The translations under genes and the position numbers were made by a program. From positions 1 to 64,000 of IMG/VR virus record IMGVR_UViG_3300031867_000037: 64,000 bases of DNA; one strand, written 5' to 3'. This DNA comes from a virus (lineage: Duplodnaviria > Caudoviricetes). Shown here piece by piece: positions 8,737-17,369 of the stretch (its first letter is position 1; each line of letters begins with the position of its first letter). The notes under the pieces are model-generated. The model saw only the letters and a list, made by a program, of their open reading frames with translations. It searched no databases and was not told the origin of the DNA.

Positions 8737-9837
8737 ATGAAAATTACAGTATCAACTCAGAAACTTAAAGAAATGGTAGCACGTTCAATCAAAGGAGTAG
8801 GCAATAATAAACTTATTCCTATTACAAGTCTGATGTGTATTGAAGTAGATAATGGCGTACTATCACTCATTACTACGGATGCGACAAACTATCTTTATAT
8901 TGTCGGTGATAAGGCTTCAATGGAAGATTTTTATGCAGTAGTTGATGCCAATACATTTTCTAAACTTGTGTCAAGAATGACCTGCGAAAACGTGACACTT
9001 GAGGTAAAGAATAATATCCTGCATGTGAAAGGTAACGGTAATTATAAGATTGAACTTCCGCTCGATGAAAACGGCGAAGCAATCAAATACCCAGTACCAT
9101 ATAAGAATTTAAGACGGTCTGCTCCAGTTGAAGGAACTATAAACAGAACCACAATCCAGGTAATTCTTGACACAATTAAACCAGCACTCGCAGTAACATT
9201 AGAGAATCCGTGTTATACTGGTTATTATATGCATGACAAGATTGTTGCCACTGACACGTTTAAGATTGCAAGCATGGATGTTGAAATGTTTGACAATGCG
9301 TGCCTGATTAGTTCTGAATTAATGGATTTACTTTCTGTAATGACACAGGAGAAAATCAATGTAGAAATTTACGGCGATGATATTGTTTTTCTTTCTAATG
9401 ATTGTATTGTATGCGGAAAGTTTATGGATGGTATCGAGGAATATTCTATTGATGCAATTTCAGATTTGGTAGACACAGATATTGATAGTTTTTGTGCTAT
9501 TCCTAAGGCAACACTTGTTCAGCTACTTGATAGACTTTCACTGTTTGTTGGGCCGTATGACAAGAACGCCGTTTATCTCACATTCACAAAATCTGGTCTG
9601 CAAGTATCGTCAAAAGCCGCTGATGGCGTAGAAATTATTGATTACATTGAAAGTAAGAATTTTACGGACTTCACTTGTTCTATTGATATTCAGATGTTTA
9701 TGCAGGAAGTAAAGGCTATTCAGAGTGATAGAATTGAACTTTACTACGGCGATGATAATGCAATTAAAATGACAGATGGCAATATTACTATTGTAGTAGC
9801 ACTTCTGGAAGATGAATCTGCTGAGGATGAAGAATAA
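8737..9837 (+). CDS. dnaN: DNA polymerase III beta subunit (sliding clamp)
   Basis: 366 aa; LSLITTD, VATDTFKIA motifs; three-domain clamp length. Confidence 0.88.
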   Translation: MKITVSTQKLKEMVARSIKGVGNNKLIPITSLMCIEVDNGVLSLITTDATNYLYIVGDKASMEDFYAVVDANTFSKLVSRMTCENVTLEVKNNILHVKGNGNYKIELPLDENGEAIKYPVPYKNLRRSAPVEGTINRTTIQVILDTIKPALAVTLENPCYTGYYMHDKIVATDTFKIASMDVEMFDNACLISSELMDLLSVMTQEKINVEIYGDDIVFLSNDCIVCGKFMDGIEEYSIDAISDLVDTDIDSFCAIPKATLVQLLDRLSLFVGPYDKNAVYLTFTKSGLQVSSKAADGVEIIDYIESKNFTDFTCSIDIQMFMQEVKAIQSDRIELYYGDDNAIKMTDGNITIVVALLEDESAEDEE

Positions 9838-9847
9838 TTGAGTTGTA

Positions 9848-9887
9848 GGGACAACAGTATATAGGAATTTATACTGTTGTCTCTTTT
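9848..9887 (+). terminator. intrinsic terminator
   Basis: GGGACAACAGTATA / TATACTGTTGTCTC stem followed by TTTT. Confidence 0.65.
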
Positions 9888-9903
9888 AGTAGAAAGGAGA
9901 ACA

Positions 9904-10695
9904 ATGGCTAGGCAAGGATTAAAGAATGTAAGACAACTAATTGAAGCGGCTAAAAAGACACTGCCGCCTGAGCAAGCGTTTTTAAATGATTTGAAGCGGT
10001 CTATAGAAATGACCGCTGATAAAGATACTGGATTACCTAGTAAGACGTATAAGCCATCTGGTATGAATTGTATTCGTGCAAGTTATTATCAGGTATCGGG
10101 CATACAACCAGACGAAGGAAGTTCAAATTATACGCTTGTCGGTATTTGTAATAGCGGTACAGATATTCATGTGCGTATTCAGATGGCGGTTGAACAGATG
10201 AAAGAAAACGGTATGGACTGTGAGTACGTAAATGTTGCGGATTATGTGCGTCAAAGAGGTCTTGATTATCTAAATATTGTTTCTCAGAATGGCATGGAAA
10301 CAAAACTGTATCATACAAAACTTAATATGTCTTTCATGTGTGACGGCATAATTAAGTATAAAAATCATTATTATATTCTGGAGATTAAAACTGAGAATAG
10401 CTATAAGTTCGCAAATAGACGAGGTGTAGACCTGTCACATTATAATCAAGGTACCGCATATTCCATTGCATTTGATATACCAGAAGTTTTATTTGTGTAC
10501 ATTAGTCGGGATATACTTGATATGAAAGCGTTCATGTTTGTTCCTACAGATGAAATGAAACAAAATTTAATTGGTTATATTGAAGATTGTGATGGATATG
10601 TTAAGCGTATGATAGCGCCGCCAAAACCTGAAACCGTTAGCAAAAAATCCTGTAGTTATTGTAGTTATAAAACTCAGTGTCAGAAGGATGGATAA
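9904..10695 (+). CDS. Cas4-like PD-(D/E)XK exonuclease
   Basis: N-terminal Cys (MNCIRA), CDG...LEIKT, C-terminal CSYCSYKTQC. Confidence 0.75.
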   Translation: MARQGLKNVRQLIEAAKKTLPPEQAFLNDLKRSIEMTADKDTGLPSKTYKPSGMNCIRASYYQVSGIQPDEGSSNYTLVGICNSGTDIHVRIQMAVEQMKENGMDCEYVNVADYVRQRGLDYLNIVSQNGMETKLYHTKLNMSFMCDGIIKYKNHYYILEIKTENSYKFANRRGVDLSHYNQGTAYSIAFDIPEVLFVYISRDILDMKAFMFVPTDEMKQNLIGYIEDCDGYVKRMIAPPKPETVSKKSCSYCSYKTQCQKDG

Positions 10696-10697
10696 GT

Positions 10698-10880
10698 ATG
10701 AGTAAGCAAATGTTACATATTGTGTTTGAGTATAGGGATGAAATGTCTGGATGGCAATGGCAAGAGCAGGAGTGTATCGTTTCTTCTCTAGCCGAATGTA
10801 TAGTATTGTATGGTTTAGGCATAGACTGTGAGTATCGAATTATTAGTATTACACCTGTGGAGCGTGATAATGGCAGTTAA
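10698..10880 (+). CDS. hypothetical protein
   Basis: Coupled ORF between nucleases. Confidence 0.55.
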   Translation: MSKQMLHIVFEYRDEMSGWQWQEQECIVSSLAECIVLYGLGIDCEYRIISITPVERDNGS

Positions 10881-11403
10881 TCGAGGAAAAAAATTCGAAG
10901 ATGTTATACGAGAGTCCTTTGAAAAAGTTCCTGGCGTATCTATAGACAGATTACATGACCAAACAACTCATTATAAAGGCAGTACAAATATATGTGATTT
11001 TATAGTGTATAGAGAACCATATGAATATTATTTTGAGTGCAAGTCTGTACACGGAAATACGTTAAGTATTCACAGTAATGACCCAAAGCGTAAATACGGC
11101 AGTATAAGTAATGCTCAGTGGGAAGGATTATTAGAAAAGTCACAAATAGAAGGTGTTACTGCTGGTATTATATGTTGGTGGATAGATAAAGATATTACAA
11201 GATTTATACCGATTGAAACGCTTGTTGTAATGAGGAATTATGATTTTAAAAGTTATAAGTATAACATAGATGTATACCAAGGTGAGAATTCCTATATAAT
11301 AAAAGGAAAAAAGAAAAGAGTATTCTTTGAATATGATATGGAGGATTTTTTGAATGGTATTAATAGATGTTCCACAGGTGGCATACAGAACATGGGTATT
11401 TGA
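10870..11403 (+). CDS. recU: RecU-like Holliday junction resolvase
   Basis: NRGKKFE, CDFIV, FECKS motifs. Confidence 0.8.
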   Translation: MAVNRGKKFEDVIRESFEKVPGVSIDRLHDQTTHYKGSTNICDFIVYREPYEYYFECKSVHGNTLSIHSNDPKRKYGSISNAQWEGLLEKSQIEGVTAGIICWWIDKDITRFIPIETLVVMRNYDFKSYKYNIDVYQGENSYIIKGKKKRVFFEYDMEDFLNGINRCSTGGIQNMGI

Positions 11404-11524
11404 ATATAGAATTTACGATGAAAATGGTAATCGAAATCATTTAATGGAATATGAAGCCGAACGTGATTTAGAAAGAGTATTATCCAGTTATAAGTATTCA
11501 GCAGAACATGACCATGTGAGGTAA
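11354..11524 (+). CDS. small hypothetical protein (56 aa, MVLIDVPQVAY...)
   Basis: GAGGA RBS 8 nt upstream; fills gap before 11530. Confidence 0.5.
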   Translation: MVLIDVPQVAYRTWVFEYRIYDENGNRNHLMEYEAERDLERVLSSYKYSAEHDHVR

Positions 11525-11529
11525 AATCT

Positions 11530-12060
11530 ATGAAGTTTAATTTAACAGATGAAGAACTAGATGAAATCCATGATATTAAAGAAGATGTAGAAGCCAAGTC
11601 CGCCATAATAGACGAAATAGTAAATGGTATTATACAACCATATTGTAAAGATTTGGATAGGTATGTGCTGTTTATTAAAGACTGTCTGAAAGATGGTGAA
11701 AATCCGCCTACAACAGAAGAACTTGACGATTTCTGCCTTAATCTTTCTACCTATATTTACTTTGCGGGCGGTATGTGTGAACAGTTAGGTATTCGTGATG
11801 ATATTGCAAAAGCCGTGTATAAAGAAATGTATCATACTGCAAGAGCAAGTCAGGATAAAGGCACAATAGCCGATAAAGATTCTTTGGCAGAATTAGCTTC
11901 ACAAGAACAGGCAATAGTGTCGGTTTCTTATACTAGAGCGTATAAGATTGTGAAGGCAAAAGTAGAAAATGCGCAGGAGTTGTTATCTAGTGTTAAAAAG
12001 GTACTTTCACGTAGAATACAAGAAATGGAACTTACAAGAATAGGAGGAAGTGGAAAATGA
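11530..12060 (+). CDS. helical protein, possibly UvsY-like recombination mediator
   Basis: All-alpha; KGTIADKDSLAE motif; recombination gene context. Confidence 0.4.
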   Translation: MKFNLTDEELDEIHDIKEDVEAKSAIIDEIVNGIIQPYCKDLDRYVLFIKDCLKDGENPPTTEELDDFCLNLSTYIYFAGGMCEQLGIRDDIAKAVYKEMYHTARASQDKGTIADKDSLAELASQEQAIVSVSYTRAYKIVKAKVENAQELLSSVKKVLSRRIQEMELTRIGGSGK

Positions 12061-12347
12061 GTTGGATTGATATGCTTGGTACTTATGAAGAAAGAAATGT
12101 GGCAAACTTTGAGAACGATATTTTTGAGATAGATACCAGTCGTGTTACGGATAGAGCAGTTCCGTATGAGACAGCAATAGCACATAAAGATTTTAGAGAC
12201 GGTCAGTGGATTGTTCTCGGCTGGAGAAAGACAAAAGAAGAAGCACAGAAATATCATGATGAAATGGTAAAATATTTTACCGACCACGAACACGAATTAG
12301 ACCATATTGACGATGCATATGAAGGGGTTAGATATGAGCGACAGTAA
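12057..12347 (+). CDS. hypothetical protein
   Basis: Coupled ORF with GGAGG RBS. Confidence 0.65.
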   Translation: MSWIDMLGTYEERNVANFENDIFEIDTSRVTDRAVPYETAIAHKDFRDGQWIVLGWRKTKEEAQKYHDEMVKYFTDHEHELDHIDDAYEGVRYERQ

Positions 12348-12636
12348 TTATGACCAGACAGCAAAAGCAGATGCCGGAAAAGCAAAATTAACACTTGTAC
12401 CGAGACAGATTATTTGGGACATAGCAAAAGTACGTGAATACGGAACTGCAAAGTACCATAATGACCCAGAGAACTGGAAGAAAGTGGAGAAGGAAAGATA
12501 TAAAGATGCGGCATATAGACATTTTATGGCATATCTTGACGATGAAGATAGTATAGATAAAGAAAGCGGCATAAAGCATCTATACCATCTTGCTTGTAAT
12601 ATTGCATTTTTGTGTGAAATGGAGAATAAAAAATGA
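12334..12636 (+). CDS. dATP/dGTP diphosphohydrolase domain protein (DUF5664-like)
   Basis: KADAGK...EYGTAKY...NWKK...AAYRH...ESG..HL.H.ACN. Confidence 0.8.
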   Translation: MSDSNYDQTAKADAGKAKLTLVPRQIIWDIAKVREYGTAKYHNDPENWKKVEKERYKDAAYRHFMAYLDDEDSIDKESGIKHLYHLACNIAFLCEMENKK

Positions 12637-12920
12637 ATAAGGCAGACCGTGACTATCTTTATCGAATGATAGATAATTACGGACCTTATGTAACTGCGGT
12701 GCTCTGCTTATCCATGGCGCATAGATATTTGTATGAGGCTGAGAGCAAAAAACCATCTGTTCGTGACAGGTATGTTAAAAAAGCAAGAGAATATTTTACC
12801 TTTGTTAATGAACATTTATATTCTTGTGTGTCTAGTGCAGGAGCATTGCAGTTATATCAAGATGTAAAACATTTATTAGGCGTAGACCTATTAAATAAGA
12901 GGTGCGTTCACAATGATTGA
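12633..12920 (+). CDS. hypothetical protein
   Basis: Coupled ORF. Confidence 0.6.
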   Translation: MNKADRDYLYRMIDNYGPYVTAVLCLSMAHRYLYEAESKKPSVRDRYVKKAREYFTFVNEHLYSCVSSAGALQLYQDVKHLLGVDLLNKRCVHND

Positions 12921-13134
12921 TATGAAGAAAACAGGAGATAACATAAACAGATATAGAGTAGATAGAGGATTTACAGTATTAGATTTAGCAGAAGAATTAC
13001 ATGTAACACGGGCGGCTGTTTATAAGTGGATTTACGGTAATAATATGCCGACTGTAGACAATTTTGTAGAGTTGGCACAGTTGTTAGATACGACAATAGA
13101 CAATCTTATTGTTGCGGAGGTTAGAACTAAATGA
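12913..13134 (+). CDS. XRE-family HTH regulator
   Basis: LAEELHVTRAAVYKWIYGNNMP HTH. Confidence 0.85.
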   Translation: MIDMKKTGDNINRYRVDRGFTVLDLAEELHVTRAAVYKWIYGNNMPTVDNFVELAQLLDTTIDNLIVAEVRTK

Positions 13135-13850
13135 TTAAAGTGGAGAACGTCGAAATATGGGGATTTGAACATGCTATCCGTGGCATGAGAAATCCGATGA
13201 ATAGTTGGGATAAGCGTGATAGCAGTGTAGCATTTCATGCGGTTGAAAATTTTGCCCCAAATGACCCAATGCAGGATAAATATTGGGAATGGAACGATAA
13301 ATATAATTTGAATATTAAAATTGGCAAAAATGATTTAGACCTTATGCGTAGACTGTTTAAAGCAGGTACAGAACACAGGAAGTATCTCCGTCAAATTTTC
13401 GTCAGCATGGACATTACTGCTCCGCTGTATTGGTGGAAAGAGTTTGATACATATAAGGTCGGAACGGTTGCAAACAGTTGCAGTACAATGCATAAGATTC
13501 ATTCGAAGGAATTTGAACTGGATGATTTCAGCCATGAGCATTTAGTGTTCGACTATTACTTCGATGATGAAAAGGACACGGCAACGTGGGGAGAAACGGC
13601 GTTGCGAAAAACGATTTATCAGTTAAATCGTGCCAGAGACCTTTATCTCAAACGTAAAGATAAGAAGTATTGGTGGGTAATGATTCAGTTACTTCCTTCT
13701 TCTTATAATCAGCGCAGGACGGTCACAATGAACTATGAGAATGTAATGACCATTATCAGACAGAGAACAGGTCACAAACTTGATGAATGGAATCAGTTTG
13801 TTGAAACTCTTAAAGGATTACCATACATTACTGAAATAATGGAGAGTTGA
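13131..13850 (+). CDS. divergent ThyX-like (flavin-dependent thymidylate synthase fold) protein
   Basis: HRKYLRQI, APLYWWKEFDTY, QLLPSSY...TMNY pattern; lacks canonical RHR motif. Confidence 0.6.
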   Translation: MIKVENVEIWGFEHAIRGMRNPMNSWDKRDSSVAFHAVENFAPNDPMQDKYWEWNDKYNLNIKIGKNDLDLMRRLFKAGTEHRKYLRQIFVSMDITAPLYWWKEFDTYKVGTVANSCSTMHKIHSKEFELDDFSHEHLVFDYYFDDEKDTATWGETALRKTIYQLNRARDLYLKRKDKKYWWVMIQLLPSSYNQRRTVTMNYENVMTIIRQRTGHKLDEWNQFVETLKGLPYITEIMES

Positions 13851-13921
13851 TGTGTTAGATAAGTTTGCATTGGCAGTAGTATTTTGTATAGTAGTAGCCA
13901 GACTATTCTTTATAGATTGAC

Positions 13922-14197
13922 ATGAAAAAAGTGATTGATTTTTCCACGTATAAAAAGATTAGAGGTTTATCCTTTAACGACTTTAATAGATGGATAACCG
14001 AAGTATATAAAAATGCATATACTGACGGTCGTAATGATAGCGCCACATTAATGAATGAGGATTGTGTTGCCGCACTTACTGAGGACAGATTATTAGAAAT
14101 AATTATGTCTGTTAAAGGTATAGGAAGAAAACGTGCCGAAGAAGCCGTAGTAAAAATATTACAGGAGGGATTATCTTATTATGGGACTGAAACTTGA
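13922..14197 (+). CDS. hypothetical protein with HhH-like motif
   Basis: IMSVKGIGRKRAE helix-hairpin-helix signature. Confidence 0.6.
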   Translation: MKKVIDFSTYKKIRGLSFNDFNRWITEVYKNAYTDGRNDSATLMNEDCVAALTEDRLLEIIMSVKGIGRKRAEEAVVKILQEGLSYYGTET

Positions 14198-15206
14198 TGC
14201 TATAATGAAGGACGTAAATAAACGATTTAAGGAAGAAATCGTAACACAAGGACTTGGAGAGTTTTCTTATAAGAGAATTCCATTTACTTCACCTAGAATG
14301 AATTATTGCACGTTTGGCGGCATACCAATTGGCAAGATTACAGAATTTTACGGCGAAGAGCATGGCGGTAAAACTACTACAGCACTGGACATAGTTGCTA
14401 ATTATCAGAAAAGTGGTGACGATAGGGATGTGTTATATGTAGATGCTGAGAATACATTGGATGTAGATTGGGCAACAAAGATAGGTGTAGATGTGGATAA
14501 AATGTACATATTACAGCCTAAGTCACAGTCTGCTGAGGAGATTTTTCAGATTATTTGTGACAGTGTTGATACAGGGGAAGTCGGCCTTTGGGTACTAGAT
14601 AGTATCGGTGCTTTAATGTCTTCACAAGAACTTGAAAAGACTATGGAAGACAAAACATACGGCGGTATAGCGAAACCGCTTACTTTATTTGGCAAAAAGA
14701 TTGAAATGCTTATGCAGAGACATAAATGCACAGGCATTGGTATAAATCAAATACGAGAAGACTTAAATAGTACGTGGGGCGGAATAGCTACTCCTGGCGG
14801 AAAAGCATGGAAACATTTTTGTGCTGTGCGCATGGAATTTAGACGAGGAAAGTTTATTGACGAGAAAGGAAATGAACTTACAAGGTCAGCAGAAAATCCG
14901 GTTGGTAATATTGTAATGATGTCCATGACAAAAAATAAAACTTGTCCGCCAACGAGAAGAACAGGATTTTACACGATTAATTATGAATACGGTATAGACT
15001 ATTTGAGAGACCTTATTGAAGTTGCCATAAAGTATGACATAATTAAAAAGTCAGGTGCGTGGTTTGATATAGTGGATATTGAAACGGGTGAAATTTTAGA
15101 GGGTAAAATCCACGGACAAGCTAATGTGTATGCAAAATTGGAAGAAGATTCGGATTTATTATCCAGAGTAGAAGAACTTGTAGATTCCGCTATGAAAGAA
15201 AATTAA
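14181..15206 (+). CDS. recA: RecA-like recombinase
   Basis: GEEHGGKTT Walker A; VLDSIGAL; INQIRE; PGGKA; GAWF. Confidence 0.95.
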   Translation: MGLKLDAIMKDVNKRFKEEIVTQGLGEFSYKRIPFTSPRMNYCTFGGIPIGKITEFYGEEHGGKTTTALDIVANYQKSGDDRDVLYVDAENTLDVDWATKIGVDVDKMYILQPKSQSAEEIFQIICDSVDTGEVGLWVLDSIGALMSSQELEKTMEDKTYGGIAKPLTLFGKKIEMLMQRHKCTGIGINQIREDLNSTWGGIATPGGKAWKHFCAVRMEFRRGKFIDEKGNELTRSAENPVGNIVMMSMTKNKTCPPTRRTGFYTINYEYGIDYLRDLIEVAIKYDIIKKSGAWFDIVDIETGEILEGKIHGQANVYAKLEEDSDLLSRVEELVDSAMKEN

Positions 15207-15214
15207 ATTCGTTG

Positions 15215-15243
15215 TTGACTTTTCTTTGTTCATGTAGTACAAT
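15215..15243 (+). promoter_or_regulatory. sigma-A type promoter (TTGACT-17-TACAAT)
   Basis: Same design as 2496 promoter, with a similar downstream leader. Confidence 0.8.
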
Positions 15244-15299
15244 GTTAGAGTAGAAATAAAGCAACAGCAACTATAGAAACTCTAGAAAGGATAAAAACT

Positions 15300-15857
15300 A
15301 TGTTAGCTAAGATTTTAGCGGACTGGAAAGGAGCCGTTGAAGTAAACGGACAGCGTTATGAATCAGTACAAGACGCTGTGAGCGTTTTTAAGACACTTTC
15401 TTCTGACAGTCATATAAGACTACTCACAAAGCAAGAAAATGTCTCTAAAGCGAAAATAGAGCGTTCTAACGATATTACAGAGTATCTTATAGAGGTAAAG
15501 AAGTACATGACACAGAAAGCAAGTCCGGGATTTGATTTCATGGCTAAGTGGAACAACGATAATCCGATGCCAATGAGAATCATGCAAGGCACAGTTGAGA
15601 AAGAAACTCGTGGCATGATTTACATGAAACTTCACGGACTTGCTAAGCCCACAATAACTTGTAGATGCTGTGGCAAAGAACTTACTAATCCGGTATCAAG
15701 ATATTACGGAATCGGCCCAATCTGTTTAGGAAAGATGGGAATATTACGTGATATTGATGATATAGAAAACATTAAAGAAGATTTGGTTAACATCGTTTGG
15801 GAAGGATGGATAATCAAATCAGCAATCACAAAGAAGGAGGAAGTAACTAATGATTAA
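15300..15857 (+). CDS. DUF6011-like zinc-binding protein
   Basis: CRCCGKELTNPVSRYYGIGPIC. Confidence 0.7.
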   Translation: MLAKILADWKGAVEVNGQRYESVQDAVSVFKTLSSDSHIRLLTKQENVSKAKIERSNDITEYLIEVKKYMTQKASPGFDFMAKWNNDNPMPMRIMQGTVEKETRGMIYMKLHGLAKPTITCRCCGKELTNPVSRYYGIGPICLGKMGILRDIDDIENIKEDLVNIVWEGWIIKSAITKKEEVTND

Positions 15858-16110
15858 AGTTGAACTTGGACACATTGAAACATCTGGACCGAAATTCGTT
15901 ATTGCGGCAGAACTTGCAACTATGTTTAATTCTATGAATAAGCAGGGCATGTTTACTAAGGAAGAGGTGCATAAACTCGTGGATGACGGATTTATGACTG
16001 ACGAGGAACTTGACGCAAGAGTAGAGGCGACTTGTAAGGAATCCGGTCAGAGTGTAGAAGAAGGTATGGCAGAGGCCGCTCTTCTGGCAATGCTTGGTAG
16101 TCTGCTGTAA
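15850..16110 (+). CDS. hypothetical protein
   Basis: RBS AAGGAGG; coupled. Confidence 0.65.
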   Translation: MIKVELGHIETSGPKFVIAAELATMFNSMNKQGMFTKEEVHKLVDDGFMTDEELDARVEATCKESGQSVEEGMAEAALLAMLGSLL

Positions 16111-16130
16111 TGTAACTTTAGCAGAATAAC

Positions 16131-16225
16131 GATTCGGTGGCGGAATAGGTAGACGCTTACCAGGTAAGATGCTTTGGATGCCTGATAGCGAGCATCATGT
16201 AAGGTGTAAATCCTTACCCGAATCG
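16131..16225 (+). ncRNA. tRNA-like RNA with 3-nt anticodon-position loop and long extra arm
   Basis: Acceptor GATTCGG/CCGAATC; Leu/Ser-type D arm; T arm GTAAGG-TGTAAAT-CCTTAC; TTAC-CAG-GTAA mini hairpin. Confidence 0.65.
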
Positions 16226-16234
16226 TTATGTTAA

Positions 16235-16318
16235 GCTGGTATGGCGGAATTGGCAGACGCAACGGACTTAAAATCCGTTGATAGTAATATCGTGAGGGTT
16301 CGATTCCCTCTACCAGCA
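16235..16318 (+). tRNA. tRNA-Leu(TAA)
   Basis: Full cloverleaf; anticodon stem ACGGA/TCCGT, loop CTTAAAA; long variable arm; no encoded CCA. Confidence 0.92.
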
Positions 16319-16341
16319 TCGGACATCTTATTATTAAGGTG

Positions 16342-16462
16342 GTCCTCCTGAACGATACCCCACTACGGCGAAAGGCTGTGGGCTACAATTAGTAGCTGTC
16401 CGTCGGTGAATGCATCGAGATTCGGGCAAAGGAACTTCAAATGTTCCGGTGGGGTTTAGGAC
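16342..16462 (+). ncRNA. multi-stem structured RNA containing a T-loop hairpin
   Basis: ACCCCAC/GTGGGGT closing helix with four internal hairpins incl. GGAAC-TTCAAAT-GTTCC. Confidence 0.6.
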
Positions 16463-16500
16463 AAATAGTTGTCTATTAATATTATGTAAAGGAGAAACAT

Positions 16501-16953
16501 ATGAAAGCTGGCGACATTGTGAAAGTAACAAGTTGGGGAAAATCTTACAGCACAAACTATTTTTGGTTCGATAAGTTCAAGGGTGAACTTGACTATCGTT
16601 GGATGATTTGTTATGCGTATGATGACCAAAGAAATTATACAAAGTATTGGTCTGAGACCCATCCAGATAATCCTAAGGATACGAAAAGATATGTTGTGCT
16701 CTTTGTTGGCGATGGTAAGGCACTTATTACCGAGCGAGTTGGATATGAACTTAATAAACATGCAGTAAGTAATTCCGTATATCTTGTTGATGTAGACGGG
16801 CTAGAGGTCATTTGTAGTAAAAATTCCGCCGAGGACACTTCTGAGGAAAATGCTGATGCTGAATCAGATAATAAGGACAAATCAAGTAAAGATGAAGTAG
16901 AGGATTTAGAGAAGCTGGCTGTAGAAGCATTTATTAATTGGCTATTTAGTTAA
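16501..16953 (+). CDS. hypothetical protein with acidic tail, inside RNA array
   Basis: RBS AAAGGAGA; 150 aa ORF. Confidence 0.7.
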   Translation: MKAGDIVKVTSWGKSYSTNYFWFDKFKGELDYRWMICYAYDDQRNYTKYWSETHPDNPKDTKRYVVLFVGDGKALITERVGYELNKHAVSNSVYLVDVDGLEVICSKNSAEDTSEENADAESDNKDKSSKDEVEDLEKLAVEAFINWLFS

Positions 16954-16959
16954 ATACTT

Positions 16960-17197
16960 TAAGAACTGGTTCGTTAGTGAGCGATTAAAGTGCGGTCGAA
17001 GGCCAAGACTGCCGCCAGTTGTAGAAATGAAATACTAGCAGGGTAGTGAACTGTTCACAGGGAAAATGCGTGAAGCTGTGACCGTTATTGGAGCAGAGAT
17101 AATCACAAGGAGTAAGGACAAATGGAACCGAACTTTGGATGGACTACCCATTTGGGAGTGTAAGTGTAGACAAAGGGTACAACAGTGATGTGGTTGT
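16960..17197 (+). ncRNA. putative structured ncRNA
   Basis: No ORF; nested helices AACTGG/CCAGTT, GCGGTC/GACTGC, GGGTAGT/ACTACCC, TCACAG/CTGTGA. Confidence 0.5.
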
Positions 17198-17268
17198 TAG
17201 AGTATGTCAACGGCAACAGTCTAGTCTCCATCAACTAGAAAACGAAGGTTCGAATCCTTCTGCTCCTG
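17198..17268 (+). tRNA. degenerate tRNA-Trp-like with 8-nt anticodon loop
   Basis: T arm GAAGG-TTCGAAT-CCTTC; anticodon stem CTAGT/ACTAG, loop CTCCATCA; short D arm; 5-bp acceptor. Confidence 0.55.
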
Positions 17269-17304
17269 CTCGGTGGTAAGGCTTGCAACGCTGAATCATC
17301 GGAA

Positions 17305-17366
17305 GACCGCAGAACAAAAGTGACAACAAAAACTGTGGGAGTGCGGTTGACTGTCACTAGACCGCA
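17305..17366 (+). ncRNA. two-hairpin element with complementary loops
   Basis: CCGCAG/CTGTGG and TGCGGT/ACCGCA stems; loops AGTGACA and TGTCACT are complementary. Confidence 0.5.
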
Positions 17367-17369
17367 TTT

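Noticed and set aside
16347-16380. Hammerhead-like CTGAACGA...GAAA
   Set aside because: Core spacing is wrong (CTGANGA needs 7 nt) and flanking stems do not fit.
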